DNA from: Utricularia gibba
Taxonomy: Eukaryota; Plantae; Magnoliophyta
Assembly: GCA_002189035.1 (NCBI GenBank)
Contig: NEEC01000019.1
Location: 1,426,001-1,490,000 of the forward strand
DNA length: 64,000 nucleotides
Direction of reading: 5' to 3'
Part shown: one piece after another, positions 20,707 to 34,333 of the stretch
Layout of the letters: each line of letters opens with the position of its first letter
Position numbering within the stretch: position 1 is the first letter of the stretch
Position numbers and translations under genes: made by a program
The notes under the pieces: model-generated
Seen by the model: the letters and a program-made list of their open reading frames with translations, nothing else
What the model was told of the DNA's origin: nothing
Database searches by the model: none

Positions 20707-21447
20707 GATCCTCAAAACTATATGTTTTCAATATCACCATAACTTGCCAGACAGGGTAGAATTAAGTCTTCATCAGGTTGATAGATACATGCATACGAGT
20801 ACGAGTCCTTCATGAATTCTGAAACTGCCAAGTTGCTGTCTTTAATCTATCGTTTTGTTCTTCTGTTAGTCAACTAGTATCATGAGTCATCACCACTTGC
20901 TCCTTCCCCATAATCACCCGCTGTGCTAAAGTTTAGCTAGTAGCAGAGCTTTTCCATCTGCGGTATGGGGATTTGCCTTCCTTTGTCTATCCTGGTGGGA
21001 GTGAAAACAAGATGTATAGTTTGTTCTGTGCTAGCTTTTCATGGGGCATTAGTTGCATTGCTTGTCTTGATTGACTTCAAGGAAGAAATGAAAATGCTGC
21101 ACTTGCAGGAGGATGGAGGCAAGAAGAGAAGCAGCGAGGAGCTCGAGCTATGACAAGGGGAGCAAACACGGCCTTGAAAGTGAGACAAGAAAGAAAACCA
21201 AGTGTGGTTGTTCGATTCTCTGAAATCCCCCATGCCCAAACTTGATGATGTAAAATAAGTTGTTTATTATTTCGATTTACGTGTATTATGAGATTCAAAC
21301 TCGAAAATAAAGATAACAAATAATCTACCTTTATTTTCAATTGTCATTTTTACAATGCAGATAGTGATTTGAAGGAGAAAAAAAGTGATGTATGTGTATA
21401 AAAGGTGTGACCGTACAATGCAGTAGCTCTGTCTGTAAAACCTTAGT

Positions 21448-23300
21448 TCAGCGCCTCATTTTTGCTCTTGCAAAGAGCACTCCTGCCAACAAACCTGCAG
21501 AAGAGAATATCAAACCAGCCCTTCAACAGTGAACTTTGTTGATCATCAGATGACTCACCGAAGAAAATACTCAGAAGATTCTCCATACTGGTGCGAACAC
21601 TGAAGAGGAGAATCCCAGCAATTGAAAGAGGTATCTTGTTCAGAGATCCAACCAAGCTGTGATATCGAAGTTTCCAGTGCGTATTAACGAACTAGTAATG
21701 TAGAAATAGAAGCAGAAGTAGTAGTGGCAACCTGTAAGTGGTGGCTCCTGTGTGGTGAAGGAACCACATTGAGGTAAAGCTGATAGCCAAGCCCAAGAAT
21801 CCACTAAATGTCATCAGCATCCAGAAAGAGGGTACTCTCAGGAGGGGGCTTTTAGTTGGTGTGGTGTGGAGGCAGGGAAAAAGGAGCGAGGTGAGCAATG
21901 TGGATCACGGAAGAACGTAGATAACAGCAGAAAAGCACTACTTACGTTTCTAAAAGATACTCAAATTCATTGAAGATGAAGATCAGAATGATTCCTAGAG
22001 GCATTGAGAGGCAGTTGTTCATGAACACCATGGAGATCTCATTCAGTTCTCCGGATTTTGTAACTAGCTGTGCTGTATCCATCACCCTACGCAAAGTCAG
22101 CTGCAGCACAGGATGATCAATCATCCCCTTGTTCAAGAAACATATTGCAGAATATGGCAGCAAAAAATTCTAATGTTCTGTAAACTTGAACTAAATGGGA
22201 TGGTTCTATTTGATGGTAAACAAGATGGGATAGTGAAGCATAATTACTCACTGAATACGATGCTGTCAGAACACAATTGATGATCTGCCATGTATAGCCA
22301 ACAGCATGAAATTGGATATCAGTGAATCCTCCTGCTATTGCTGAAATGATCTGCTCAGTATTAGAGCATTCAAACTTCATTGGACTATTGAAAACAGTCA
22401 CAATTTCAAGGGAGAAGTTAAAATTATCCTTACCATCAAGATGAGGGATGTCCAAACTTTGTAATCATGGCGTTTTTTAAATAAATACATTTCTCCAAGC
22501 GCAGTTATCACGTTGGTAGCATTCTTCAAAACTGTAACCATGGCAACGTTTATGTGTTTCAGACTGCAAGGAAATGAATACATCATGTAGCCTCGTTGAA
22601 AACAGAGGGCAATAGCACCACAGAAAATAGGTCTCCTAGCTGTAAATGACATTTACTCTTGTCAGTTGACTAGCTAAGTGTAGACATGTTGAGAACAATG
22701 CGAACCAAGGCTAGAAATAATAGCAATTGAGCATACAGCCAAGAATAACAGCAACACCACAGCGCTATTTAAAACAACAGTGAAATGATAACCAACACGA
22801 GTTAAGAAGGATTAAAGCACAGCCAATAGCTTTGCATACTGTTGAAATACATAGTGGTACCTGTACATGCTCGTGAACAGCATTCCAACAAATATAAAGT
22901 TGACTGGAAACCAGACCTTGATTAATCTCCATCTAAGTGGCTCCAATGTGATTACACCAAACAACTTCATAAGGGAAATAACAATTACTGCAACAAAATT
23001 CTGCACCCAAATCACCAGTGTTTTCACCATCAGAGTGAAACATGGAATTTTCATAGCTAAATTGGAAGGCGAAGAAGGATTAACCTGGTATAGCATCAGG
23101 GATATCCCGGCGTTAAAATTGTAACTAGAAAGAAAAAACTTGTTCCCTAGTATCATCGCACAAGAAGCAAAACAATACGAGGCTCCAGACACGAAAGCAA
23201 CATTGCCTATTTTTCCTCTTTTACTCCGTATCACCTTTACTTTGTCTCTTGTCGAATTACCATACTCTAAATCCACCTGATCGTTGATCTTCAGAGTCAT
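21448..23300 (-). CDS. GONST1: Golgi GDP-mannose transporter GONST1-like, 8 coding exons
   Basis: SSYNFNAGISLMLYQNFV; INVAMVTVLKN; LTLRRVMDTA; GLAISFTSMWFLHHTGATTYSLVGSLNKIPLS (GxLNK motif); ends GVLFARAKMRR*. Confidence 0.9.
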
Positions 23301-24973
23301 CTCAGAGCCTGAGAGCTGCATAAGATAAGTATCAATGAACTTTCAGTCACACACTAACCACCAGGAAGGAGCTATGAAAAAATTTGAAACTCCCTTAATC
23401 AACTGAACACACATCCTGGATTTTGCACTCAACTATTACCTTTGACGACAGAAACTGAAACGAAATATACCTTTCACTGATACTCTGGAAAACATATCTT
23501 AAACAAGATTGAAAAAAAGTTCCAAGATCATATTTTTTTACATATGATTGAATGCATTCCAATTTCAAAAAAAGAGGTAGCAGAATCCACAAATACCCAT
23601 TGAGCACAAAATCCCATCCTCAGAAAGGAGGAAAAGAAAACAAAAAAACCCACCCAGCGTTATGAGTATTTGAAAACATCAAAGAACAAAGTCTTACGAA
23701 GTTAAAACCACCGATCATTACCAGCTTCACGGGAAATCTACCAGGCTGTTAACGGGTTGCACCGAAAACCCACCCCACCCCAATTCTGCAAAAACACAGA
23801 TACCCAAGGCGTCCCTCACCGCCGCATCCATCCTTTCATCGATCCAGAATTGGACTTTTTTCTCAGCACAGAATCAACAACAAGTTTCCCAACTCCAACC
23901 AATACTTCCCAGTTCCACATCACATAAATGGTTGATCAAACAAGCACCAAGGGGAGCGCTATAAGTGGACCAGCAGCAAGGACAGGGGGCAGTCAACACT
24001 ACAGGCACAGAGCATCTGCGCACTCCCCGCGACGTCGTTTAGTTAATGCCGTAGTACTTGGTTATCACATTTTGTGTAGCTTGACTTTTAGTTACAGAGA
24101 CTACAGCAAATAGCTGTGCCGTGCGCATTAATGTTAGATACCCGATGAGGTTGTCCCGCTGTTTTAAAATGGGCCAACATGTTATTGTTGGATTAGATTC
24201 TGATTTTCATAATTTCTCTTTAATTTTTAAAGATTTAAATCTTTAATCATATTATACTAAAATCATAAATTCATATATTATTAAATTTTTTAAATATCTA
24301 TTTTAATAATTAAATAAAAGGTGAATTATAAAAATTATAATATTTACTTTTTAATATATTAAAATTTACAATATATATTTTATTTTATTAAATTTTAGAA
24401 TATAACTTAATATTATCTTATAAAACAGTTTTACAATATCAAACTGAAATATATTTTACATAATTTAAAACACAATTTTAAATTATACCTTACAATCGGT
24501 TTGAATCTATGGTATGATTTTATTTATGATTTTGAATCTAACTTTTTAAAATATATTCAATGGTTAATTAAATTTATAAATATTAAATTTAAATAACGTT
24601 GTAGTGGTAGCCGGAGGCTCGAGGTTTAAGAGAGCTGCTGTTGCTGGTTCTAGTGGGGGGTCATGATCAAATCAAGCTAAGTGATTCGGAAGGGCATGGT
24701 GAGGGCGCGGGAATCTCTGTAGGATTGGGAAATGAATGAATGAATTGATGCCCAAATCCCACATCTACTTGATAGACAGGAGGCATGTTTACATTGAATG
24801 GAAGAATATGGAGAATCTGCAGTTGTTGTCCATCACAAACATTTCCATTATTCTTTCAAGTTTATCATGAGGAGCAGGGGAGGAGATCACATGCAGGCAG
24901 AGGGCAGAGGGGGGAAAGGGGGAGATGCAGTTGCTCAAAATTTCAGCCTTCCCCATGGGAGTTGTGAGTGCAG

Positions 24974-27255
24974 TTAAGCCATACCAGGAGGATGAGGAGG
25001 AGGGGTGACCAAAAATGCGGGAAAATGGCGTTCCAGCTCTGCCAACAGCTCCTTCTTCTGCCCCACTTCGTCCAGGCACACTCCCGAGAGCCGCCAGCAC
25101 GCCTCCACGAGCTGTCCCCGGTGCCTCTGCGACAGCAGCCGGCCTCTGGCTTCGATGACCTCCCGGTAGAGTGGGAGGTATGTGATGGCTACTCTCAGCT
25201 GGGCTGGGAGGTCCATCAGGCGGATTGGGGAGTTTCCCCACTTCATGATCTTCACTACGTTTGTGAAATGGAGCTGTCCTTCGTTGAGGCCGATGTAGAA
25301 GGCCTCCTGAGACCAGTATGCGCGGAGGAAATCCCTGAGCTCTGGATCGATGGCTTCATCATCCGACATTGCGATGCTTTCTGCAACAGCGTACGTGGCT
25401 GCTGGATCTAGAAGGAAATCTGAGTACAGGAGAAACTCCACCCCATCGAATGACCCACAGCTTCGCTCGCCAGCAGCCTTGAGGATTTCGATGCTGAGTG
25501 CAGCCAGAACGTGCTGAGGGACATGGGGGAGGAGGTATGCAGCTACTTGGATTCGGCTACTTGAGGTTGCAGCGGTCAGAGCAAGACAGAGCTCCATGTC
25601 CCTGCAGCCCCTTTGTACGAACCAATGTACAACAGGCATGCAACCCCTCTCCGCAGCTCTCATCAGAGGGCCCAAGAATGCAACAGCGTTTCCCTCTTCG
25701 ACAAGGCATTCCATTGTGCCGATTTTACCGTAGTGAGAAGCGAATCCCAATGCTAAATCGACATCCACATCCAAGCTGTTCCTTTGAGCAATCTAAAGTC
25801 ATCACCAAGAAATGGAAAACAATGAGTTGATGATGCAGGAACCGTACAAAAGACACGTCCAATTCAGCAAGAGGGAATGCGTGGAAATGAAATGAACACA
25901 GAAAGCATTTACCTGCAATAAAATGCGGACAAGCTCCGTGCTCCCGAACCGTGAAGCTTCTAAAAAGCACTGATTTACATTATCGGCACCTCCCTCGACT
26001 AGAAGGCTCAGCAATCCTTGAACGGCAGTAGCTGATACCCCGGATGCCCAACCAGGATCAAAAGAACTAGAGAAAAGAGTGAGTGGGAAACAAGCTGCAT
26101 CAAATGCTTCTGTAAAATCTTTCCCAGTAAGACGGTTTCCGGCCAGATCAAGGAATGTCCTGAAGGCAGATAGCTGCAGCTGGACCTCCAGAGGAGAATT
26201 GCTGCTCACCCTGTCCTTATTTCCCTGGCAACGAGCATGGAAACTAATGCATTTAAGAGCCCATTCAGTGAATTTCTGAACTTTGGCACCGGCCTCTGCC
26301 TTCAGCACTTCATCGCCAGTGCATTCTTGCAGCCGCTCATGTAACCTGATTCAGTAATGAAGTGGTGCGGGGAGGGGGGGGGGGTGCTTTTTAGAAACAC
26401 GAAAATACAAATGCCAATGAATAAAGAATGGCAGAATGATGACAGTGAAAAAAGAAGACCATACTAGAAGGATTTGTGTAGTTCTCATTTGATAATTTAA
26501 TACAAGAACAATCCTCAAAGAGTATTGCTCAAAGTGGATCTGCACAAGTTAATCAGCTACCTTTGTGCCATCACAGAAACAGTATCCGCTAGGCTCATTG
26601 TCCGTCTCTGGCAAGCAGAAACACAAGAAGCTAGAAACGAAGTTCTAAGAGCAGCTCGAGTGAAGTCATATGCCCCGTTATCAATTACCTTCTTAATCAA
26701 CCCAGTAATTCCATATAATTCTGCTTCTGTACTCAAGAACCAAATCGAGTCTAAAGCTATACATAGGGCATCATTCAGAGTCTGAGGATCAGCGGCCAAT
26801 ATCAGACCTTCAGCAAGTTCCCAATCATGCGCACTAACAGCACCCTGAAACAGGCGACCAACCTCAATTCTATCCTGTCGACTGAGCTTTTTCCCATTTT
26901 TTCCGGGTTCGAAATCTGATACGTCCAGCCTGGGTTTGAGCTTTTCAGCACCACAGCTACAGACGCTAATGCCCAAATCTCCATTTCCTACAAGTGGTTT
27001 TTCTCTTGAGAAAACCAAATCTCCTTGAATTCCTTCATCACCCTTTTCGCCACTGAAGACTACATCAGTTTCATGTTCATTCCCGTTGCTCCTTATCACC
27101 GATTCAGATTCGGTTGTTTCCATCTCTGTCATACCAATTTCTGGATCATTGGACTCTTCTGTCCTGATCTGATTCCCAGTAACCAAGACTTGGTTTTCAC
27201 TTTCAATTCTATTCTCACATTCTCCTTCATGTAAAGGACCTTTATTTGCTTCCAT
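24974..27255 (-). CDS. SKIP35: Ankyrin repeat protein SKIP35-like, 3 exons
   Basis: LSRQDRIEVGRLFQGAVSAHDWELAE; EAGAKVQKFTEWALKCI; DVDVDLALGFASHYGKIGTMECLVEEGNA; LMRAAERGC; all junctions in frame. Confidence 0.88.
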
Positions 27256-29026
27256 TCTATATATAAACCCCACACACCAAACTTCAATTTCAAAAAACAG
27301 AAACTCAAAATGCGTGGTTTTCCCACTACCAACCTATTCCTATACAAGTAAAACTCAAAAATCTGCCAAAGCACAACCGCTTAATCCACCAGTTTCCAGG
27401 TAATGATCTTTGAAAATCAAAGACCACAAAACCCCTTGATTCCCTGGCGCCTCACAAAACCCCAGACTTTTATGGGGAAAAATTAGGGGAAAAAAAAAAC
27501 CAAAGAGGCTTGCACGCCAACAACCAGCGAAACGCTTCAGAGATCAAATCTGATCTCCATAAGCTCAAAAGGAAAAAACCAATAAATTATACGGGCAATC
27601 AGAAACCCATCACGAACACCATATTCTAATACAAAACCCCTTTAACCATCAAATTATCTGCCCAATCAAAACCCTTCAACTTCATAGAAAAAGTCACGAT
27701 GTACTCCAGAAACCGATCGGCTTCCAAATTCCTGCAACCCCAAAATTCGTTTCTGTCAAACCAACCAAAATTAATACAGATAAACGAAGAACCACCAAAA
27801 GTGGACCAAAAAAAAAGTTTAAAAATACCATAGAAACACATAAATCCCAAGTTCCTTGACTCCAAATGATCAAATCTCTCGCACCAAAACCAAAAAATGA
27901 AAGGGAAGCGTAAAGGCAATACCTAAACAATTATGAGCAGAGAGAAGTAGAGAGAGAAACCATGATGGTGTGGTTGCCCTCATCTCAGAAAGAAACCGAT
28001 TTGTTTCCTAGCAATCTTTTCTTTTCCAACCCCTTTATTTTCGGAAATTCATTTCGTTACTCCAAACCTAAAATGGACAAAAATAATATCAATTAAATCA
28101 GGGGTCATAAATGATCCATTTTCCCATTTTCCGAATATTTTAACAAAATTATTTCTGGTATAATACAACTATATTAAAAAAAATAATAATCATAAAAAAA
28201 ACATATTTTTATCCAAGGTGCCGTTGAACGTGACCCCAAGGCAACTGCCGGAGAGTCAACATCCCATTCTCGATGAATTTTAATTATATTTTTTGAAAAA
28301 TATTCTAAATATATATATTTATAATATTTTCATTATAATCATATAATATAGATTTATCTAGATATTAATGTTCAAATATATTATAAATTAAATTATGTAA
28401 AAACACGTATTTAAACATTGTTTTGGGGATACATTAATTCTATTTCTAAAGTTGAAGCAGATGAACTTGGGATCATTTATAAAAATGATCATTCATATGT
28501 TACAGATAACCAATTTTATTATATACTTTATAATATATAATCATATTTCTAATTAATCCGATGACCCTGCATCAGAACTGGAACATGGTGCTGAGCTTCT
28601 GTAAGCCTTCTTTGGACAGCTGCTTTCTCAGGGACAGAACACAAGTTCTGCTTCACAATGTTTGGTTGCTCGAAGTGCTGAATATGTATACCATGAAACT
28701 GGGCTGCTGCTGATGAATGCAAATGGTATTTGTGTGTTTTGAGTTTATGCACATGCTACAGTTGTGTGTCTTTGGAATGAATGGAGAGTGAAAAAGGTGA
28801 CTTCTAGAGATCAATATAAAGAAAAGACTTGATGACAGATAGACCTCAGGGGATACAACAGGAGTAGCTCACAACAGATGATGTAAACGTTATTGCTGTG
28901 AATGAATGATAATGCTTGGATCAGTGGCAGCAACACAACAGCAGTGGAAGCGACAAGCATGACTAGCTTTTCAAATCATTGTAAAAGAGGATTGATTCAA
29001 CCAGGTTCTAGATACCTGGAGGTGCT

Positions 29027-31918
29027 TCAAATTCCTTCGAAGACGGCAAACAGGTCTCCATTGATGAAGTCATTATCGACTATGCTCACTAGATAGTAGC
29101 TGTCCTTGGCCTGTAAATCACATAACAAAAACTTAAACACTAGTTTATGGTGATTGGGGGATGAAAGGGACAGGAGGGAGTGGGTTGTTGAAGCTACCTC
29201 CTCAAGTAGTTTTCTGGAGGGATCAGATTCAGGATAGAGTTGTGACCATCCTCTGGACCAAATCTCGAAGGCCTCATCCTTCCAGACCTCGAAGCTCGCA
29301 GGGTCAACTACTGTAGGCTGAATGATCTCCTTAGCAGGGAATACTCCCCAGGTAACAGCATTAACATGGGTTCTGTCAACGTTGGATATCCAGTCCCCTT
29401 GTTTGTTCACAGCCATGTAGGTGAAGAATGGGAAAGATTTGCATTTGTCAACCAAGGCATTCAACTTTTCCGGAGAACAAAACAACTCTAGGTAAGCCTT
29501 CTGGTATACATATCCGTGTGGCCCTCCCCATCCTGCAACACAAAAAAAAAGGTGTCTTTCAGTAATCATGCATTTGCTATATTCTCTTGACTTCATCAAA
29601 TGACACTGACATTTTCTAGTTAAATGTAATGAGTCCAGAACAGAAGAATGCATATGATATCAATTCGGGTTTAATGCATAGATGTGTCTGTATGTATGCA
29701 ACACTAATCTTAATTACCAAAACTAGGGCAGTCAGATGGTTTCCCGTTAACAGCAGGCTGACTGTTGATAGTGAGGAAGCCCTTCAGGTTTATGTTGCCC
29801 AGTTGTTCATTAATGATTTTGGTCTCAGGTTGAAGACCATCTAATTCAGACCACGGATTACTTTTGAGTTTCCCAAGGCAGAACTTCATGAATTTCTGAA
29901 GTTTAAAGGGGAAACAAAAGTTTGTAATTCTAAGAAACATTCAAGGATTTAAATGATCTGTTAGAGGAAGGTCACGCTACCTCATAAATGTCTTCAACTT
30001 TCTCTAGAGGGAGAGCCCATTCTTCAAGGAGTTTCTTATTACGTGAACGTGGGCGCATAAACTGGTCACAAGATAAACATCGGTCAAAAAAGGGAATCAA
30101 GCACAAAGAGTAAGCTTAAAATGTAATGCCTTCTAAAGAGGAAAAAAGCATGCATGCCTGATAATCAGTCAGAGCTCCATATGAAGCATTTCGAGAATCC
30201 CCCCATCGACCTTGAGGATATTGATCCCAGCCCAGAGTCCGGGAGATGTAGCTTTTAGGACGATTAGCCCTAAGAACGTTCAGCAAGAAGATAAGACTTG
30301 TAACAATCATAATTTTTGGAATGCAAAAAAATATATATATTCAAACACGGATATGTCACCAGAAAATTGGGCGAACATCTTCTTTCACACGGAAAACACT
30401 TGTGGGTCGTCTCCATGGCAGGGACCTGGAAATCTTAGACTCTTCAATCAGCCCCAGATTCTGCACATTCAAGACCATATATGTCTATCATTTCATCCTG
30501 ATTTGGAAGGAAAGAAACAGAGAAGTTCAACACCCCACCATCAGTATCGCAAGTGCAGACTTATCCATGTTCAGTGTGTACAAGTGCAATGTTCTGATCC
30601 CACTTGCCAGGATCTTTTTGCACATTTCTGTTCCAAGGTGAATCCCATAGGCCTTAACAGCCTCTTCGTTGTCCTTGATAGGTTCCAAGGCTGCTGTAAT
30701 CTCCGGAGGAATCTACAAAAAGAAAAAAAAGGCCAAGTTTTTTAATGGAACAAAGGGAGCATATCTTAGATGACAGTCTCTAGTGTTGCATAGTGTACCT
30801 TAGTTTTGCAGAAGCCAGTCATGCGAAGGAAACCCTTGTAATTATTAATTGGCATGATACCAGGCACAATGGGACAGTTAATTCCAATTTGGCGACAGTC
30901 ATTAACAAATTTGAGGAAGATATCAGTGTCGTAGAAGAGCTGAGTTACAATGACCTCAGCTCCAGCATCCACCTGGAAAAGGCATAGAGCAATTTTAATG
31001 TCGACCAAACTTGAGATTTCCATCACTCACATTTGGTACGGCATTGTGTTTAAAAACAATGATATCTAAAACTATGACCTTTTTCTTTAGATAAGCAAGC
31101 TCTTCCTGATAGACTTCCAATGGAGCCACTCCATCTTTAATAACATCGGGATGACCCTCTTAATTCACAAAACAAAAAATGAAAATGAAGATTTAGGTGG
31201 TTAACAATAAGAAGATAAATGCACTATGCAGACACACAGTTGACAGTAATTACGAGATAGATGCCCAGTTAACTAACGATCCATAACATACACTAAAATC
31301 AACATCACAAATGAATTTGATGGCGACATAAATTCAAAGAATCTAACACAAAGAAAGGGAATTGAATCGAGACCTGGATAGCCAGCGACTGTGATCCCAA
31401 AATAGTCCCCATAGCTTGAACGAATGTGTTCAACCTGTAAAACAGAGGGAGATCAGATTCCTTACAACCCATTTCGCACTTCACTTCAACACATAAGATC
31501 AAAGACTTACAAGATCGAGCGCGCAAGCAAATCCTCCTTCAACCTTAACGAACTTATCCTGTCCATGAGGCGGGTCACCCCGCAAAGCAAGCACATTCTG
31601 AATTCCATTACCCTTAATCGTCTTCAAAGCATGGTCAATCTTTTCAACCGGCATGTTGGTACACGTGAGATGCATCATTGTCTCCACGCACACCATATTC
31701 TGCATCCGGTTGGCGATCTCCAGCGTGAGATCAGCCGTAGATCCGCCTGCTCCCCAGGTGATATCACAAAACGAAGGATTGTACGCGACCATCCGATCCA
31801 TTTTCTCGAAGAGGTTGTCCACTCCATCCTCCGTCTTCGGAGGAAAGAACTCGAACGAGAACACCACGCGGTCGCTGTTCCCCGACGTCGCCTCGCGTAT
31901 CTTCTCAATCACCTTCAT
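29027..31918 (-). CDS. MTHFR: Methylenetetrahydrofolate reductase, intact spliced frame
   Basis: [18 protein letters not shown]; [14 protein letters not shown]; [11 protein letters not shown]; [10 protein letters not shown]; VTQLFYD; [12 protein letters not shown]; [10 protein letters not shown]; [15 protein letters not shown]; ends DLFAVFEGI*. Confidence 0.96.
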
Positions 31919-32848
31919 CTTAGATTGTCTCCCGAACCAGATCGAAGGGATTCCGATGAATGGAGTCCTCCCCTACGCCTCACAATGCGGAATCCGGTCA
32001 CCTTCTTCCTCAGATCTGCTAATTCGGCAGACTTCATTTCACATCCTCTGAATTTATACATCCAGCGAGCAACACCTTGGTTTGGTGGCGGTAGGTATAA
32101 GGGCAAATTCGTAATTCTCTTCAACAATAATTTTTTAATGATCTGATGATATAACTACAACTGCTGAATCAAATGGAGATCAAGTCGGTCTTAAAACATA
32201 TCTAAATAAAAAAATACTTATTAATTTCTTATTGTATTTATATTTAGATATATCGAATTATTTTATTTTTTAAAAATAAAAATATATATATTTTTGGAAA
32301 AAAAAAGTAGTTTCCCATGATAGGGTAGGTATAATGTTTGGTCGTGAAAATACTGTTAATTACTACCGACACAAAGTCGCTATTTGTTCGGACAAACCAG
32401 AAAAGTCAACCAACTGCCAATAGTTGAAATTACGAAAGTGACCCTGATGGCGTCACCTTCATCCTTATTATGCCCATCCGCAGCATGTGCCTTCTCTCAG
32501 TCGCCCTAAGCTGCTCGGTGGATCGGAAGAATGGCGGCCATTGATTTTGATCAAGGATGGGGGTTCCCGGAGAAGGGTGGAAGAAGGCACGAATTCTGGG
32601 ATTCCGTTCATCCCTGATTTATCTCCTGTTGTATAGTGAGATTTGCAGGGGATGAAGAGCAAGATGCTCTGATTCTGATAAACAAAGCACAAAACCACCG
32701 CATGGGGTTTGGATGTCAACAGCTTATTACAAGGAAACATGTCTTTACATAGATTGCCAGAGATCACGGTTTTGGCACACAGGAGAGGCCAGAATCAGAT
32801 GCAATATCATGACTTGTCGCCTCGCACTGAGGAATCATGGAGGGTGTT

Positions 32849-34070
32849 TCAGATGCCGTTGATGGTGATGACGATGCGACGAGGGGTGGCAGCATCACGA
32901 TGCTCACAAAGCCATATACCCTGAGACCAGAAAACTCAAAAGAATTGAAGACATAGTTCTATTCCTGCAGATATGATTTCAGGCTGGAGTTCCAACTTCA
33001 AGAAATACCTGCCAAGTTCCCATGTTCAGCTTTCCATTTGTGACAGGTATCCTGTAGGAATACAAAATTGAACCAAGTTAGAGATTTGAACCACAAGCAA
33101 ACCAGTTTGAATTAACTATAAAGCATAGAGAATTCTCACGTGAGGGTGCAGCCAAACATCGAAGACTTGATGTGTGCTGGCATGTCATCAGGACCTGCGA
33201 AGGTAAAGCCCTTTGTTTTAAACAAGGCCTTTGATAACAAACAAGGAGAATAGCTTGAGAGCAGGGAATCATAATGAAATGAAGCATCATTTTATTTGAG
33301 AGGATTCACAAACTCACCCTCCAATGTATGCATCCAAGGTGCAGAAGCTCCCTACACCATAAAAGGAGATGACTTTACTTTGAAATCATGCAAAAAAACA
33401 GATTTTGCACCAGGTTCAAACATGAATCGAACATTGAGGAATCCAAAGTGCACAATGGTGCAAGGATATACAGATATAAATCTCACCTCCGGAACAATGC
33501 GGTTCAAAAATGTCTCTGTATCATATCTGACATCCGAGTCATAATTTTCATTGATAGTAAGTGATGCACTCGTATGCTGCACTGTTCCACATACATGTTT
33601 TCAAACAAGGAACCCAAAATAAGAAGCCATGGTAAAAAATTATTGAACAGATATAGCGAAACTTACAGAAAAGGTGAGCAAGGCCACATTTAAACCCAGC
33701 CAAATCATTTTCAATCTCCTTCACGATCTGAGAAGACGCGAAACTCAGTGAACCAAAAGCTCGATTACAAGACAAAGAAAAAAAGTCTTACAACCTTGGA
33801 AGTAACGAGGTGACAGCCTCTTTTTTGCGCAGGAATAGTTACAATCTTCTGAGCCCATTTCGCAGGGCTCCCCACCGATGAAGGCGCCGCCATATCTGAG
33901 TGGCGATGACCCACAGAAACCTCCTGCTGGTTAATGATTTTGAACGAACTATTCTTCTTTATGGAGGCGAAATTTCTTCCTCGGGCGCCGAGTTTAGCAA
34001 TAGCCTTAAGCTTCGAGATCGATATCAATGGCTGCGGAGGCGGTGATACCAGTGAAGTCGCCACCGGCAT
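32849..34070 (-). CDS. YjbQ/UPF0047-family protein with N-terminal extension, 7 exons
   Basis: [20 protein letters not shown]; [19 protein letters not shown]; [16 protein letters not shown]; [13 protein letters not shown]; stop TGA at 32849-32851. Confidence 0.88.
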
Positions 34071-34333
34071 CTGTGGCGTCGCTATAAGAATCTTGAAAGC
34101 CCAAAGAGAGGAGTAGCTCCTCGCTTTCCATCCAGAAGATAATTATAAAATTTTCACATAAGCCCCAATTCTTTAATTATTTTCATTTTGGGTGGTCATC
34201 ATTAATCTTTTACCATTTTTAGAAAATCATATTAAAATTGCACTTGGCCGATTAAATAATTATTAAAAAACACAAAAACATCGTCTTCCTTCTCCATGGC
34301 ATTACTCTATCAGGCATTTATCCAATTCAAACC

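Noticed and set aside
24789-25830. Long antisense and alternate-frame ORFs over SKIP35 (147, 150 and 110 aa)
   Set aside because: Shadow ORFs of a GC-rich exon with no independent motifs.
28549-28752. Moderately GC-rich patch with a 67-aa ORF downstream of MTHFR
   Set aside because: No homology or splice structure recognised; most simply MTHFR 3' UTR or flank.
31424-32146. 240-aa and 132-aa plus-strand ORFs opposite MTHFR exon 1
   Set aside because: Antisense shadows of a GC-rich conserved exon; no recognisable product.
32460-32848. Possible snoRNA or ncRNA in the GC-rich stretch after the YjbQ stop
   Set aside because: No convincing C/D or H/ACA box pair with terminal stem found; treated as 3' UTR.
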